64,000 nt of DNA from assembly GCA_965248195.1 (NCBI GenBank), contig CBDFIQ010000002.1, forward strand, positions 1,632,001 through 1,696,000, read 5' to 3'. Source of the stretch: Longimicrobiales bacterium. Its GTDB lineage: Bacteria; Gemmatimonadota; Gemmatimonadetes; Longimicrobiales; Gaopeijiaceae. The notes under the pieces are model-generated. The model saw only the letters and a program-made list of their open reading frames with translations, was not told where the DNA came from and did not search any database. Of the stretch, positions 1 through 9,975 are shown piece by piece; position 1 is the stretch's first letter; each line of letters opens with the position of its first letter. Made by a program: the position numbers and the translations under genes.

Positions 1-565
1 GCAGATCCGAGAAGCCGCCCAACGGGTTGACGAAGAACCCTACGCCGTTCCGGCGGTCGTAATAGGTATCCAGGAAGACGCCGAACTGGTCGTTCAGCTC
101 GATCGACGGTGCGTCCCGTCGCATCTCGTTCGCGACCCAGGCGCTCTCCGGAGCGGAGTCCCAGACACGGGCGGACACGTACACGTTCGAGCCGTCGAAC
201 GCGACCCAGGCTTCGGTACGTTCCGACGGGGTCGCTCCTTCATTCGGCAGAGACTGGATGAAATTCGAGATCGGGGGAGTGTTTCGGTAGAACGCCTCAT
301 CCAGCTGGCCATCGATTCGGAGGGGCTCCGCGGTCCGGACGGCCCGGAGCGTAGCTCGGCCCTCGTCATCCCGGTTGATGACGTCTGGGGCCGTCGGCGG
401 CGGCGGGCCGTCGATGGTGATTCTGTTGGCCGGGGAAGACCCGGGGGCCTGGGCGTCCACACCGGTGGGGCAGGCGAGAAGGACGGAGGCCGTGCATAGG
501 ATAGAGGCGACAGGCGAGGCTGCAATCGACCGGCGAAGAACCTTCCAGGGCTTGTTGATTGGCAT
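1..565 (-). CDS. DUF5916 / CBM9-like secreted protein, 5' part (runs off window start)
   Basis: Not in the ORF track. Manual translation from ATG 565: MPINKPWKVLRRSIAASPVASILCTASVLLACPTGVDAQ...PLRIDGQLDEAFY...SERTEAWVAFDGSNVYVSARVWDS...EMRRD...NDQFGVFLDTYYDRRNGVGFFVNPLGG, with no stop before the window edge. Confidence 0.8.
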   Translation of the reverse strand, partial: MPINKPWKVLRRSIAASPVASILCTASVLLACPTGVDAQAPGSSPANRITIDGPPPPTAPDVINRDDEGRATLRAVRTAEPLRIDGQLDEAFYRNTPPISNFIQSLPNEGATPSERTEAWVAFDGSNVYVSARVWDSAPESAWVANEMRRDAPSIELNDQFGVFLDTYYDRRNGVGFFVNPLGGFSDL

Positions 566-677
566 ACCGATGGGTTGGTGGCTCGGAACAACCTGATGTC
601 GTCTTGCGGGGCGGCACGAACATTAGGCTGCATGAGCCCGTAGTCAACGCCGACTTTGGCCGCGTCGCACCAGATAT

Positions 678-724
678 GGCGCTTGCCCCCCCGCATCCCT
701 CTGACACATCTTGTCCGCCATGTC
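678..724 (+). promoter_or_regulatory. Orphan copy of the kinase promoter/start element
   Basis: 38/47 ungapped identity to 35207-35253. Layout TTGCCC-N18-CATCTT-GTCCGCC-ATG. Confidence 0.65.
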
Positions 725-805
725 TGAGATCGCCCAGGATGCCATGATACCGTAGACGCCAGCCGTTTCACGCCTTTCAATTCACGTTCCGTTCCGGAGT
801 CCATC

Positions 806-1603
806 ATGCAACGCTTCGCTACGTCGATCCTTGGGGCGATCGCTCTGTTCGCTGTATCTGTCCCTGTCCTGAGCGCTCAGTCCGAGACGCTGCTGTACGA
901 TCACATACACATGGCCGTGCCCGATCCCCAGGCGGCCGCTCAGTGGTACCGCGATCACCTCGGAGGCGAGGAGGTCGATGGTCGGGATGAGCGCCTGCTC
1001 TTGGGCACGACCCGGTTCATTTGGCGGCGAGCGGAGGATCGAAAGCCAAGCGCGGGGAGCGTGATCGACCACGTGGGATTTTCGTACGCGGATCTCGACG
1101 CGAAGCTTAGCGAGCTTGAGGCAGCGGGTGCCACGATCACCACGCCAAGGCGGGACGTCGAGGGCCTCTTTCCGCTGAGCTTTGTCGAGGACCCGTGGGG
1201 AGTGCGGCTCGAACTCATCGAGGATCCTCAGCACCTCGGGTTCCATCACATCCACGTGAGGAGCCCGGAGCCGGAGACCGCCTTGCAGTGGTACGCGGAC
1301 AAGTTCGGTGGTGTCCGCACCCCTCTTCGGGGCCGCTTGGATGGGATCCTCTATCCGGGGAACGTCTGGCTGCTGGTGACCCGCGGTGAGGCTTTTCCTA
1401 GCAGTGAGGGCGCCATCGATCACCTCGGGTGGAGAGCTCTGGATCTTAACCCGAAGCTGGAGGAGCTCAGAGGCAAGGGTGTGGAGATCACCCGGGGGCC
1501 GAACGACCTGACCTTCGTGAATGGGCAGATCTCCGTTTTCTTCGTCGCTGGACCGAGCGGCGCGAGTATCGAGATGGTCCAGCGGGCACCCAACATGCGA
1601 TAA
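806..1603 (+). CDS. Secreted VOC/glyoxalase-family protein (tandem VOC domains)
   Basis: Signal peptide; YDHIHMAV, IDHVGF, FHHIHV, IDHLGW and DPWGVRLELIE motifs. Confidence 0.85.
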   Translation: MQRFATSILGAIALFAVSVPVLSAQSETLLYDHIHMAVPDPQAAAQWYRDHLGGEEVDGRDERLLLGTTRFIWRRAEDRKPSAGSVIDHVGFSYADLDAKLSELEAAGATITTPRRDVEGLFPLSFVEDPWGVRLELIEDPQHLGFHHIHVRSPEPETALQWYADKFGGVRTPLRGRLDGILYPGNVWLLVTRGEAFPSSEGAIDHLGWRALDLNPKLEELRGKGVEITRGPNDLTFVNGQISVFFVAGPSGASIEMVQRAPNMR

Positions 1604-1695
1604 CCCGGTGGGCCCCGAAGCGCTGCTCGGATCGACGTCCAGGTCGACCCGTAGCTTGTTCTAGTCCCTCGTTGATCTGAGGGTGCGCTATCAGC

Positions 1696-2415
1696 TCAGA
1701 AATAGCGGTTGAGAAACTCTGCCTGGCCCATCCAGGTTTGGATGCGGCGTGCCCTGCTCAGGTACCGGGCGTCGTCAACTCCCGGGTGCCAACTCTTTGG
1801 CCTGGGTAAGGATGCCGCTAGCAGGGCGGCCTCTCGTCGGCTCAATGCTGAAGCCGGTTTATTGAAGTAGTGCCATGCGGCCGCTTCCGCTCCGTAGATT
1901 CCGGTCCCGAACTCAACCACGTTGAGGTATATCTCGAGCAGCCGCCGCTTCGAGACCAATTCCTCCAGGCGGACCGTGAGTGCGGCTTCAGTGAGCTTGC
2001 GCAGCGGATTGCGTGTAGGTGACAGCCAGAGGTTCTTGGCGAGCTGCTGCGTGAGAGTGGACGCGCCACGTGGCGTCTCGCCGCTCTCCACCGCCTCGGC
2101 TATTGCCGCCTTGATCTCCTCCGTCGCGAAACCGTGATGTGTGAAAAACCGGACATCCTCGGCTACGATTACCGCGCGTTTGAGGTGCGATGATATCTCA
2201 CCGTATGACACCCATCGCCAGTCTACGCTTCGGTTTTCGGATTCACTCCCACCCCCTCGGTAAAGCTCGATGAATGCGGTGGTTTCGGGGTTGTTGTCCA
2301 CGAGATCCTTCACGTCGGGCCACGTGATCCATTGCCACGCAACCCACCCCAACGCGATGAGGGTCAGAAGCGGTAGACAGCCGGCGGAGACAGATGGTTG
2401 CCTCTCAATGGTCAT
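1696..2415 (-). CDS. mtgA: Monofunctional biosynthetic peptidoglycan transglycosylase
   Basis: N-terminal TM; GT51 motifs AEDxRFFTHHG, GASTLTQQLAKNL, RKLTE, KRRLLEIYLN, GIYGAEAAA. Confidence 0.93.
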   Translation of the reverse strand: MTIERQPSVSAGCLPLLTLIALGWVAWQWITWPDVKDLVDNNPETTAFIELYRGGGSESENRSVDWRWVSYGEISSHLKRAVIVAEDVRFFTHHGFATEEIKAAIAEAVESGETPRGASTLTQQLAKNLWLSPTRNPLRKLTEAALTVRLEELVSKRRLLEIYLNVVEFGTGIYGAEAAAWHYFNKPASALSRREAALLAASLPRPKSWHPGVDDARYLSRARRIQTWMGQAEFLNRYF

Positions 2416-2656
2416 AAAAAAAGCCGCCGGGCGATTTGGGTGCCTCCACGGGATCTCTTCATGTGTTCAAGATACGGTAGGCTCTTTCCGAAATCACCAC
2501 TGAAATTCGTTGCCAGGAGGACGAGGGGCTTCGGCCGTGACTGGTGCGGCTCATACGAGCGACTTAATATGCTCAACTAGACGTGGCGGATCTCCTGCGC
2601 TGGACCACCGGGGCCCAGCGAGCGAGGTCCGGGCCCTTGCTTCTGGGAGGTGCGTT

Positions 2657-3436
2657 ATGGAAGTCGACCGCCGAGCCTTCTTTGCCACGGTGGGTGTTGG
2701 GACGCTGAGCCTCATGGATGCGGAGGAAAAGGCGGAGGCGGTCGAGCACTACATGCTTGATCTGCTCGACGAGCCCGCAAAGGCTGCGGCGGCGGCCGAA
2801 GCGGCGGAGCAGCAGGCGCAGGAGGGTCCCCCTCGCGGTACGGGCAACATTCTCCTCGGGAGAACGCAGCTCGAGCCGATGCCGGAGAAACCGACCTTTC
2901 TCGACTTCTTCCGACTTCGGCTTTCGTCCAGCAACCATTGCCTTCAGAGCGCCAATCATGCGCTCCAGACCGGTCAGCCGGAACGCACTGTGATGGCTTG
3001 TCTCCTGCATGATGGGGTTCAGGGGCTGATCAAGGCCGACCACGGCTGGTGGGGCGCCCAGCTCTACGAACCCTACGTCGACGAGCGGATCAGCTGGGGC
3101 ATCCGTTACCACGGGGCGCTCCGCTTCTACCCTGATGATACTGTGGGCTACTACTATCCAGATATGTACAACCGGATCTTTGGTGAGGATTACGCGCCGC
3201 CGGATTACATCGTGCAGGCCTACGAGTACGCGCTTAACCATCGGTGGTACATGGAGTCTCGCTTGGTAACGGTGAACGATCTGTACGCCTTCGAGGAGGG
3301 TGTGGAGCTCACCATCGACCCGTTCGTCGACATCATCGGGCGGAATTTCAAGAATCCCCCCGAAGGGCTCGGCTACGACAATAGTCCGTCCGCGCACATG
3401 TGGCGCACGATCGCCAACCCGGACAAGCCTCTCTGA
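2657..3436 (+). CDS. HD-domain protein, MIOX/PhnZ-like, with twin-arginine N-terminus
   Basis: SD GGAGG before ATG 2657; DRRAFF; candidate metal ligands NHCLQ, LLHD, DHG, IRYH, NDLY. Confidence 0.75.
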   Translation: MEVDRRAFFATVGVGTLSLMDAEEKAEAVEHYMLDLLDEPAKAAAAAEAAEQQAQEGPPRGTGNILLGRTQLEPMPEKPTFLDFFRLRLSSSNHCLQSANHALQTGQPERTVMACLLHDGVQGLIKADHGWWGAQLYEPYVDERISWGIRYHGALRFYPDDTVGYYYPDMYNRIFGEDYAPPDYIVQAYEYALNHRWYMESRLVTVNDLYAFEEGVELTIDPFVDIIGRNFKNPPEGLGYDNSPSAHMWRTIANPDKPL

Positions 3437-3468
3437 GCACCGACGGCGGCCCTGAGGACGAGGCACGC

Positions 3469-4818
3469 GTGGCCGCCTCGCCCTCAGGCCCGTCGATATC
3501 TCTTCCTGGTAAGGCCGCATCAGGGGCCATCCGCTCGCTGCCCCATAGGCTTTTGGCGGCCATGTCCGTGGCCGTTGTGTCCGCATGGGCTCCGGCTCTG
3601 ATCGCCCCGGCCTTCGCTTCGGCCCAGGACGCACCGGAGGAGTGGCTAGAGCGCCTCGAAAGGGTCATGCCCGAAGCCGATCGCTTTACGGACCGGCAGG
3701 GCCAGCCCCCCGTCTTCGAGGCCTACCGCACTGACTCCTCAACCGGACAGGAGACCCTCGCGGGCTACGCCTTCCTCACCTCCGACTTGCCGCCCGAACA
3801 GAAAGGGTTCAACGGGCCCATCGAGGTACTTGTGGGGATGAACCTGCGAGGCGTGCTCACCGGGATCGTAGTGGCCCGTTATAACGAGTCGCTCCAGAAC
3901 AGCCGCGGCGACTTCCTCGCCGCTGAGGGATTCCAGGAGCAGTTCGTGGGGAAGAGTATTGTGGACGCGTTCCAGGTGCGGCGGGATGTCCATGGCATCT
4001 CCGGCGCTACGATCACCGTCGATGCCATGTCCCGGGGTATACGGAACGCGGCCCGGGGGGTCGCCTTGGCCTACCGTCTTGGATCGGTGGCCTCCGCCTC
4101 GGAGGCACCCGCCTTGGACCCGATCTCGGTCACTCTGGGTGAGTTAGAGCGGCTCTCCTGGACGCAGATGCTCCTGCGCGGGCTGGTGCAGCAGATCCTC
4201 GTCCTCGACGACGAGCGGACCGCTACCGACCTCACGCTGCTCTATCTTCGGGACGAGGCGGTTGCGGAGATCCTGATCGGCCCAGGGATGTTGGGGGAGG
4301 TGCTGGAGCGGGCGGGCCCCCTGGCGCGGGAGCGGCATCTCGTTCTGGCCGGCGTGGACGGGCCCTTGGCGGGGGCACTCAACCTTGCGCGGCTCTCGAT
4401 CGTGCAGGCCGGCGACACGGTGAGCCTTACGTCGCCCGAGGTTCTCCTGTTCGGCCCGCCCCGCGAGGGAAAGCTCGACGGTCAGGTTCGAATGGCCAGG
4501 GTTCTCCTGGTCGACCGGGTCGTGGACATGACGCGACCGTTCACTTACGTCCTCGACCTCCGCCCCGGGCTGGGCCTCTTCTCCGTGGAGTACCCGGGGG
4601 AGCGGCGCGTTGCCGTTCAGACCGAGGGTGCCGGTGACGGGGAGGGGACCGTCCTGTCGCGGCCACTCGCGGGGACCCCGGCACGCATGGCGGTGCTCCT
4701 GGCTCTGCTCCTAGCTCTGCTCCTAGCTCTGCTCCTAGCTCTGCTCCTAGCTCTGCTCCTAGCTCTGCTCCTAGCTCTGCTCTTGCTCGTGATCAAGCGG
4801 GCCCGGTCGGGAGGTTAG
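3469..4818 (+). CDS. Extracytoplasmic FMN-binding protein (NosR N-terminus/RnfG-like) with C-terminal TM anchor
   Basis: Signal peptide ending ASAQ; KGFNGPIEVLVG; ISGATIT flavinylation-type motif; Leu/Ala-rich C-terminal anchor. Start uncertain (GTG 3469 or ATG 3562). Confidence 0.8.
   Translation: MAASPSGPSISLPGKAASGAIRSLPHRLLAAMSVAVVSAWAPALIAPAFASAQDAPEEWLERLERVMPEADRFTDRQGQPPVFEAYRTDSSTGQETLAGYAFLTSDLPPEQKGFNGPIEVLVGMNLRGVLTGIVVARYNESLQNSRGDFLAAEGFQEQFVGKSIVDAFQVRRDVHGISGATITVDAMSRGIRNAARGVALAYRLGSVASASEAPALDPISVTLGELERLSWTQMLLRGLVQQILVLDDERTATDLTLLYLRDEAVAEILIGPGMLGEVLERAGPLARERHLVLAGVDGPLAGALNLARLSIVQAGDTVSLTSPEVLLFGPPREGKLDGQVRMARVLLVDRVVDMTRPFTYVLDLRPGLGLFSVEYPGERRVAVQTEGAGDGEGTVLSRPLAGTPARMAVLLALLLALLLALLLALLLALLLALLLALLLLVIKRARSGG
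4699..4782 (+). repeat. 12-bp coding tandem repeat (CTAGCTCTGCTC x6 plus one variant), encoding LALL
   Basis: Six perfect units at 4711-4782, preceded by CTGGCTCTGCTC. Confidence 0.95.
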
Positions 4819-4925
4819 GGGCCGACGCTCGACGACCACGGATGTCACTGCTCGGTGGCGCGCAGGGCCCGAGGTCGTGACGTTGAGGGGCGGTATGACC
4901 CCCAAAACAGGCGAAGGAGCCGAGC

Positions 4926-6398
4926 ATGACGACTGCCGAGCTGGTCACGGAACCGGATCTGACTCCCGTCCAACGATTCGGTGAGGCGATCGCCGACCGG
5001 GTAGAGCGGTGGATGCCGAGCCCGTTCCTCTTCGCGATCCTGCTGACCTATGTGGCGGCGGGCGCCGCGTTCGTCTCGGAAGGATCCGCGGTGACCGAGA
5101 TCGCCCTCTCATGGTATGGAGGCTTCTGGACGCTCCTGCAGTTCGCGATGCAGATGGTGATCATCCTGGTGACCGCCAATGTGGTGGCGTACCACCCGCG
5201 GGTGAGGGGTGTGATCCTCAGCCTCGTGCGGATTCCCAAGAACGGACGGCAGGCCGTGGTTCTGGTGGGTCTCGGAGCGATGCTGACCTCATGGATCTCC
5301 TGGGGTCTCGGCCTCATCTTGGGGGCGATCCTGGCCCGTGAGATGGGGAAGTACGCCGCCAGGAACGGTATGCCTGTGCACTATCCGCTGTTGGCGGTGG
5401 CCGGCTACATGGGGCTCGGCCTCACCTGGGGATGGGGGATGTCGAGCTCCGCGGGACTACTTCAAGCCACCGAGGATAACGCGTTGATACAGTTGGGGTT
5501 CGTCGATCGAGTGATCCCCTCGACGGAGTGGGTCTTCCACCCCTACCCGCTGACCCTGACCGCCCTTTCGATCGTCTACGGCTCGATCATGTTGTACTTG
5601 CTGAGCCCGCCGAACGAGAACTGCAGGGCGATCGGGCACTACGTGGATCTCGACCCCGACGTGAATCCAGACGTCGGCCAGGACCGGCAAGTGGAGACCG
5701 CCGGGTCGAGCGGGGCCGACTCGGACCTGGACGTGGCCGGGGATTCTCGCTCGGGAGAGCCGAAGGCGTCCCTAGCCGACAGGATCGACAACAGCAGAAT
5801 CCTCGGTGGCATCCTCGCGGTGACCGGCGTCGTAGTGTTTCTGAGCGCGTTCTTCACGCAGGGCCTCGGGGCGCTCGACCTGAATAATTTCAACTTCGGA
5901 TTCCTCATGATCGGCCTCCTGCTCTACGCCAGCCCGACCAAGTACCTGCACGAGTTCTACGACGCTGTGAAGGGGAGCGCGGGAGTGGTCCTGCTCTTCC
6001 CGTTCTACGCCGGGATCATCGGAATCATGACGGGGACCGGATTGGTCGATTCCATGACCGCGTCGCTGCTCTCGATCGCCACACCGGATACGTTCGCGGT
6101 GACCGCGTGGCTCACCGGAGCGGTCCTCAACGTCTTCGTACCGTCCGCCGGCGGTGAGTGGGCGATCATCGGTGGGCCGATGTTGATGGCCGGTGCCGAG
6201 TTGGGAATCCCCCACGGCCAAACGATCGCCGCCTACGCGGTCGGCGACGCCCACACGAACCTCCTCAACCCGTTTTGGGCGATCCCACTGCTGGCCATCA
6301 CCGGCCTCCGTGCTCGCGATATGTTCGGCTACGCGATCACGATGATGCTCATACTCATCCCATTCCTGGCTACCGTGCTCTACGTTCTTCCGTACTGA
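4926..6398 (+). CDS. atoE: Short-chain fatty acid transporter, AtoE / TIGR00366 family
   Basis: WMPSPFLFAILLT, FAMQM, FPFYAGIIGIM, NVFVPSAGGEW, NLLNPFWAIP; polytopic membrane protein. Confidence 0.88.
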   Translation: MTTAELVTEPDLTPVQRFGEAIADRVERWMPSPFLFAILLTYVAAGAAFVSEGSAVTEIALSWYGGFWTLLQFAMQMVIILVTANVVAYHPRVRGVILSLVRIPKNGRQAVVLVGLGAMLTSWISWGLGLILGAILAREMGKYAARNGMPVHYPLLAVAGYMGLGLTWGWGMSSSAGLLQATEDNALIQLGFVDRVIPSTEWVFHPYPLTLTALSIVYGSIMLYLLSPPNENCRAIGHYVDLDPDVNPDVGQDRQVETAGSSGADSDLDVAGDSRSGEPKASLADRIDNSRILGGILAVTGVVVFLSAFFTQGLGALDLNNFNFGFLMIGLLLYASPTKYLHEFYDAVKGSAGVVLLFPFYAGIIGIMTGTGLVDSMTASLLSIATPDTFAVTAWLTGAVLNVFVPSAGGEWAIIGGPMLMAGAELGIPHGQTIAAYAVGDAHTNLLNPFWAIPLLAITGLRARDMFGYAITMMLILIPFLATVLYVLPY

Positions 6399-6417
6399 GA
6401 GGCCCGCGGCCGGGGGG

Positions 6418-8841
6418 CTACAGGAGCTCCCGCGGGCGGTACCGAACGAAGAACACACCCTCTCCAGTGCTCGTGACCACGATCGTCCCACTCTCGAAGA
6501 ACGGGTAGTTCGACCAGGCGCCCTGCATGCTCACCGACTCGTTCCATGGAACCGTGTCGAGGAACCCGACCTCGACCGGATTCTCCGGGTCGCTGATGTT
6601 CAGGATCCTGAGCCCGCTCACGTAGTTCGACTGGTACATCAGGTCGCCCTTGATGTACAGATTGTGGTCCGTGGTGAGGGTCTCCCCGAAGTGCTCCTTG
6701 ACCAGGATCGGGTCATCGAGGTCGGACACGTCCCAGATCAAGGTACGCGAGCCTTCCATCTCCGGTGCCTGGCCCCTTCTCGCCTGGCCTTCATCCAGCT
6801 CGTCGCCAAGGTAGAAATATCGGTGGTCTTCGGTGATCCACCCCTGGTGCGCATAGGCGACGTTGGGATGCGAGGCGCTGGAGAGCGCGACCGGGTTTGC
6901 CTTGTCGGATACGTCCGCTATGGAGAGCGCGGTCTCGTTCGAGCCGAAGCAGATCTCCTTCCCCGCGTGCTCCGCATCGGGTCCTTGGTAAATGATGCAC
7001 ATGGCATCGTGCGTGTAACCGGTGCCTGCTCGTCCGGTGTTCGTGTGCTGGAAGCACCCGATGAATGCGGGACGGAGCGGATCATTGATGTCGATCATGT
7101 GGAGGCCGCCCCCGCACGTCTCGCCACCCATGCTCGCTCCCAGGGCGTACGCGGTGCCGCTCTCCTCGTTGATGGCGATGTTGTGCGCGCTCGCGAATCC
7201 CTCGTAAAGCGCGTCGGGCTCGAAGGTGGCCGGCACGCCGCTGACATCGCGAAGCCGCGTGAGGTCGAAGACCTGCATGCCGTGCCGGCCAGCGCCATCG
7301 GCTACCACCAAGGCATGGGTGTCGAACACTTTGACGTCACGCCAGATGGTCGCTTGTGAACCCGGGGTCCTCGGAAGGTCGCCGAGGTACACCGGGTCGA
7401 TCGGGTCCGAGATGTCGATGAAGGCTGTACCGTCCGTGCGGCCTACGACCGCGTACTCGCGCCTCGTCTCCGGGTCGGTCCAGCCCCACACGTCATTCAC
7501 TCGGGTCCCGCGGCCTCCGCCGATCGCGTCGATGGGAAGGAAAGAGAGGATGTCGACCCGTGAGCAGTCGAACTGGTCCGCCTTGCCGGTGTCGCCGCAG
7601 GCGATCTCCCCCCCGACCAGGGCCGGAAGACCGGGCTCGGCAGGGATGAGGAGCTTGGCCTCCGATACCCAGCTGCCGCCCTCGTTTCGCATCACCACCG
7701 CCGATCCGAGGCCGCCGTCGTTCCCCGGCTGCCCGACGATCGCGAGGTCACCCGCTGTGGCCACGGCTCCCCCGAACCCATCGCCGTCGGCGGGATCGAT
7801 CGAGTTGGTGATTTTGATCGCAGTCCCAAAGGTGCGAGCCTGGGGGTCGAAGGTGAACCGGTAGATGGCACCTGTAAAATCAGCGCCCGGTGCCGAGATC
7901 CAGAGCTCGTCCTCGATAGTGTGGAAGTCGTGACCGAAAAAGGTACCCGGCCGACGATCGAAAGCGCTGAGAGTCGTGCCGCGAACCCAATCGCCCGTGA
8001 GCGGTCTATACGTGTACGTGTAGACAGCGCCCTCCATGTTTTCGCGGCCGGGGAGTCCCAGGAGAGCCATGCCCTGGAACCACCCCACGCCGATCGCGCC
8101 GGCCCCGGGAACGCCGGGCAGTCCGATATCCGTGGGCCGGGATTCGTCTTCCGGGAGCGCGAGGCGCGTCTCCTGGAACCAGTTTCCAGTGTCGTCCTGG
8201 GTGAAGATATACGCTGCGCCTGTGGCCGCCTCGCCCGCGAACGAGCCCACGATCAGCTTCTCCCCGTTGTAGGAGAGCCCCCACCCGAAGAACTCCATCT
8301 CGGCGGGATTCTCGGGTTGGAGGGTCGCACGCTCGACGAAGGATCCCGAGCCGTCACGCTCGAAGACCCAGACCGCGCCGATTCCTCCGAACCCGAGCGA
8401 AGACACGAACAAAAGGTCCTCGTAAAGCTCCCCGAAACGGCCAAACGCCTCGCCCTCCGCCACGGAGTCGGGCTGGAGGATCGATTCGAGCTCCAAGCGG
8501 TCACCGTCCCTGCCGTAAACCCAGACCGCGCCGGTCGAGTTCTCGTAGAGGGTGCCGCCCACGATCATCGAGCGGTCATCCATCGTAAAAAAGCGACCGA
8601 AGTAGTCTCCACCCCCGTCACGGGGGGGCGCCAGCATCGTGCCGATCTGCTCCCAACCGTCGCCGGTTAGCCCGTAGGTGTAGATCGTGGAGGGACCGCG
8701 CCGATTCGTCGGCTCCGCGATCATGACCTGTCCATCGCTGATCGCCACGTAGGCGCCGAACTGCTGGGCCTGAACGGGAGCCGTGAACAGGGAAGTGGCC
8801 AACAGAAGTAACGCCCCGAGGAGCTTGGATGCTCCGCTCAT
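6418..8841 (-). CDS. Choice-of-anchor B family secreted protein with N-terminal FG-GAP-like repeats
   Basis: Signal peptide; repeated FG..GAVYVF units; NDVWGW, WRDVKV, AHNIAIN, HDAMC, YAHQGW, DELDE, GAWSNYPFF. Confidence 0.88.
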   Translation of the reverse strand: MSGASKLLGALLLLATSLFTAPVQAQQFGAYVAISDGQVMIAEPTNRRGPSTIYTYGLTGDGWEQIGTMLAPPRDGGGDYFGRFFTMDDRSMIVGGTLYENSTGAVWVYGRDGDRLELESILQPDSVAEGEAFGRFGELYEDLLFVSSLGFGGIGAVWVFERDGSGSFVERATLQPENPAEMEFFGWGLSYNGEKLIVGSFAGEAATGAAYIFTQDDTGNWFQETRLALPEDESRPTDIGLPGVPGAGAIGVGWFQGMALLGLPGRENMEGAVYTYTYRPLTGDWVRGTTLSAFDRRPGTFFGHDFHTIEDELWISAPGADFTGAIYRFTFDPQARTFGTAIKITNSIDPADGDGFGGAVATAGDLAIVGQPGNDGGLGSAVVMRNEGGSWVSEAKLLIPAEPGLPALVGGEIACGDTGKADQFDCSRVDILSFLPIDAIGGGRGTRVNDVWGWTDPETRREYAVVGRTDGTAFIDISDPIDPVYLGDLPRTPGSQATIWRDVKVFDTHALVVADGAGRHGMQVFDLTRLRDVSGVPATFEPDALYEGFASAHNIAINEESGTAYALGASMGGETCGGGLHMIDINDPLRPAFIGCFQHTNTGRAGTGYTHDAMCIIYQGPDAEHAGKEICFGSNETALSIADVSDKANPVALSSASHPNVAYAHQGWITEDHRYFYLGDELDEGQARRGQAPEMEGSRTLIWDVSDLDDPILVKEHFGETLTTDHNLYIKGDLMYQSNYVSGLRILNISDPENPVEVGFLDTVPWNESVSMQGAWSNYPFFESGTIVVTSTGEGVFFVRYRPRELL

Positions 8842-9095
8842 CGCTCTCGCCTCATACGGGAGGGGAAACTAACTAGCTCTGGGATGGATACCGCTCGGAT
8901 AGGACATACCACCCGAATACGATACACGACCCGAAGGGTCCGAGCCAGTTGCCGAGCCTCGAAGTCAGGTATCAGGTAATGGCGCTCGGACGTGAGCAGG
9001 GTGGCGTAGAGGAGTCGTCGCCAGGTAGCTTCAAATCGGGTCGGATTCTGCCGTCCCCGATTTCCTGACTAGACCCCCAACAGGACAGAAGCAGC

Positions 9096-9869
9096 ATGCT
9101 GGCTTTGATATCCCCCGCGAAGAAGCTCGACACGGAAAATGAGCCGCCCTTAGGCGACTTCACGATACCCCAGCTGCTGGACGACAGCGAAGAGCTCGTG
9201 GGGACGGTCAAAGGTCTGGGGAAGGACCGACTCAAGGCCCTCATGAATCTCTCGGACGCTCTGACCGAACTGAATCATGCCCGCTACGAGGCGTACGCCA
9301 CCCCCTTCACCCCGGATAATGCGAAGCAAGCCGTATTCATGTTCCGCGGGGACACCTATGTGGGCCTCAACGCCGATACGCTGACCAAGGATGATCTCAC
9401 GTATGCCCAGAAGCATCTCAACATTCTTTCGGGCCTGTATGGCGTGCTTCGTCCACTCGACCTGATTCAGCCGTATCGCCTGGAGATGGGCTCGAAGCTT
9501 TCCACCCCGCGCGGGAAGAACCTTTACGACTTCTGGGGCTCGCGGCCCACCGATGCATGTAATGAAGTGACCGCTTCCCATGAAAACCGCACGGTCGTGT
9601 GTTTGGCCTCGAGCGAGTACATCAAGGCGATCCAGCCCGAGAACCTGGCCGGCCCCTTCGTTACCTGCCACTTCAAGGAGATCAAGGATGGCGTACCCCG
9701 GACGATTGGGCTCGTCGCTAAAAAAGCACGGGGAAGGATGGCTCGCTTCATGGTCCGAAATCGCGTCGAGAATGAGGACGACCTGAAACGGTTTGGGGAG
9801 GATGGGTATGACTTCGAGCCTGGGCTGTCCAGCGATGAGGACCTGGTATTCGTCAGGGATCGCAATTAA
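9096..9869 (+). CDS. yaaA: Peroxide stress protein YaaA
   Basis: ISPAKKLD, GDTYVGL, ILSGLYGVLRPLDLIQPYRLEMG, AKKARGRMARF. Confidence 0.95.
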   Translation: MLALISPAKKLDTENEPPLGDFTIPQLLDDSEELVGTVKGLGKDRLKALMNLSDALTELNHARYEAYATPFTPDNAKQAVFMFRGDTYVGLNADTLTKDDLTYAQKHLNILSGLYGVLRPLDLIQPYRLEMGSKLSTPRGKNLYDFWGSRPTDACNEVTASHENRTVVCLASSEYIKAIQPENLAGPFVTCHFKEIKDGVPRTIGLVAKKARGRMARFMVRNRVENEDDLKRFGEDGYDFEPGLSSDEDLVFVRDRN

Positions 9870-9975
9870 GGGCTGTCACTGTGGGTCGATGTACTTGACG
9901 GCGACGAGAGCGCCACGGACATTCGCGATTATGCAACGCCAGGCCCGCCCCCTCCGCCCACCAAGGAGCACGGCC

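Noticed and set aside
94..807. 237-aa ORF from the track
   Set aside because: Wrong frame; the protein-like frame is 565 to <1.
3469..4818. True NosR / nos cluster
   Set aside because: No multi-TM or 4Fe-4S C-terminal part and no nosZ in the window.
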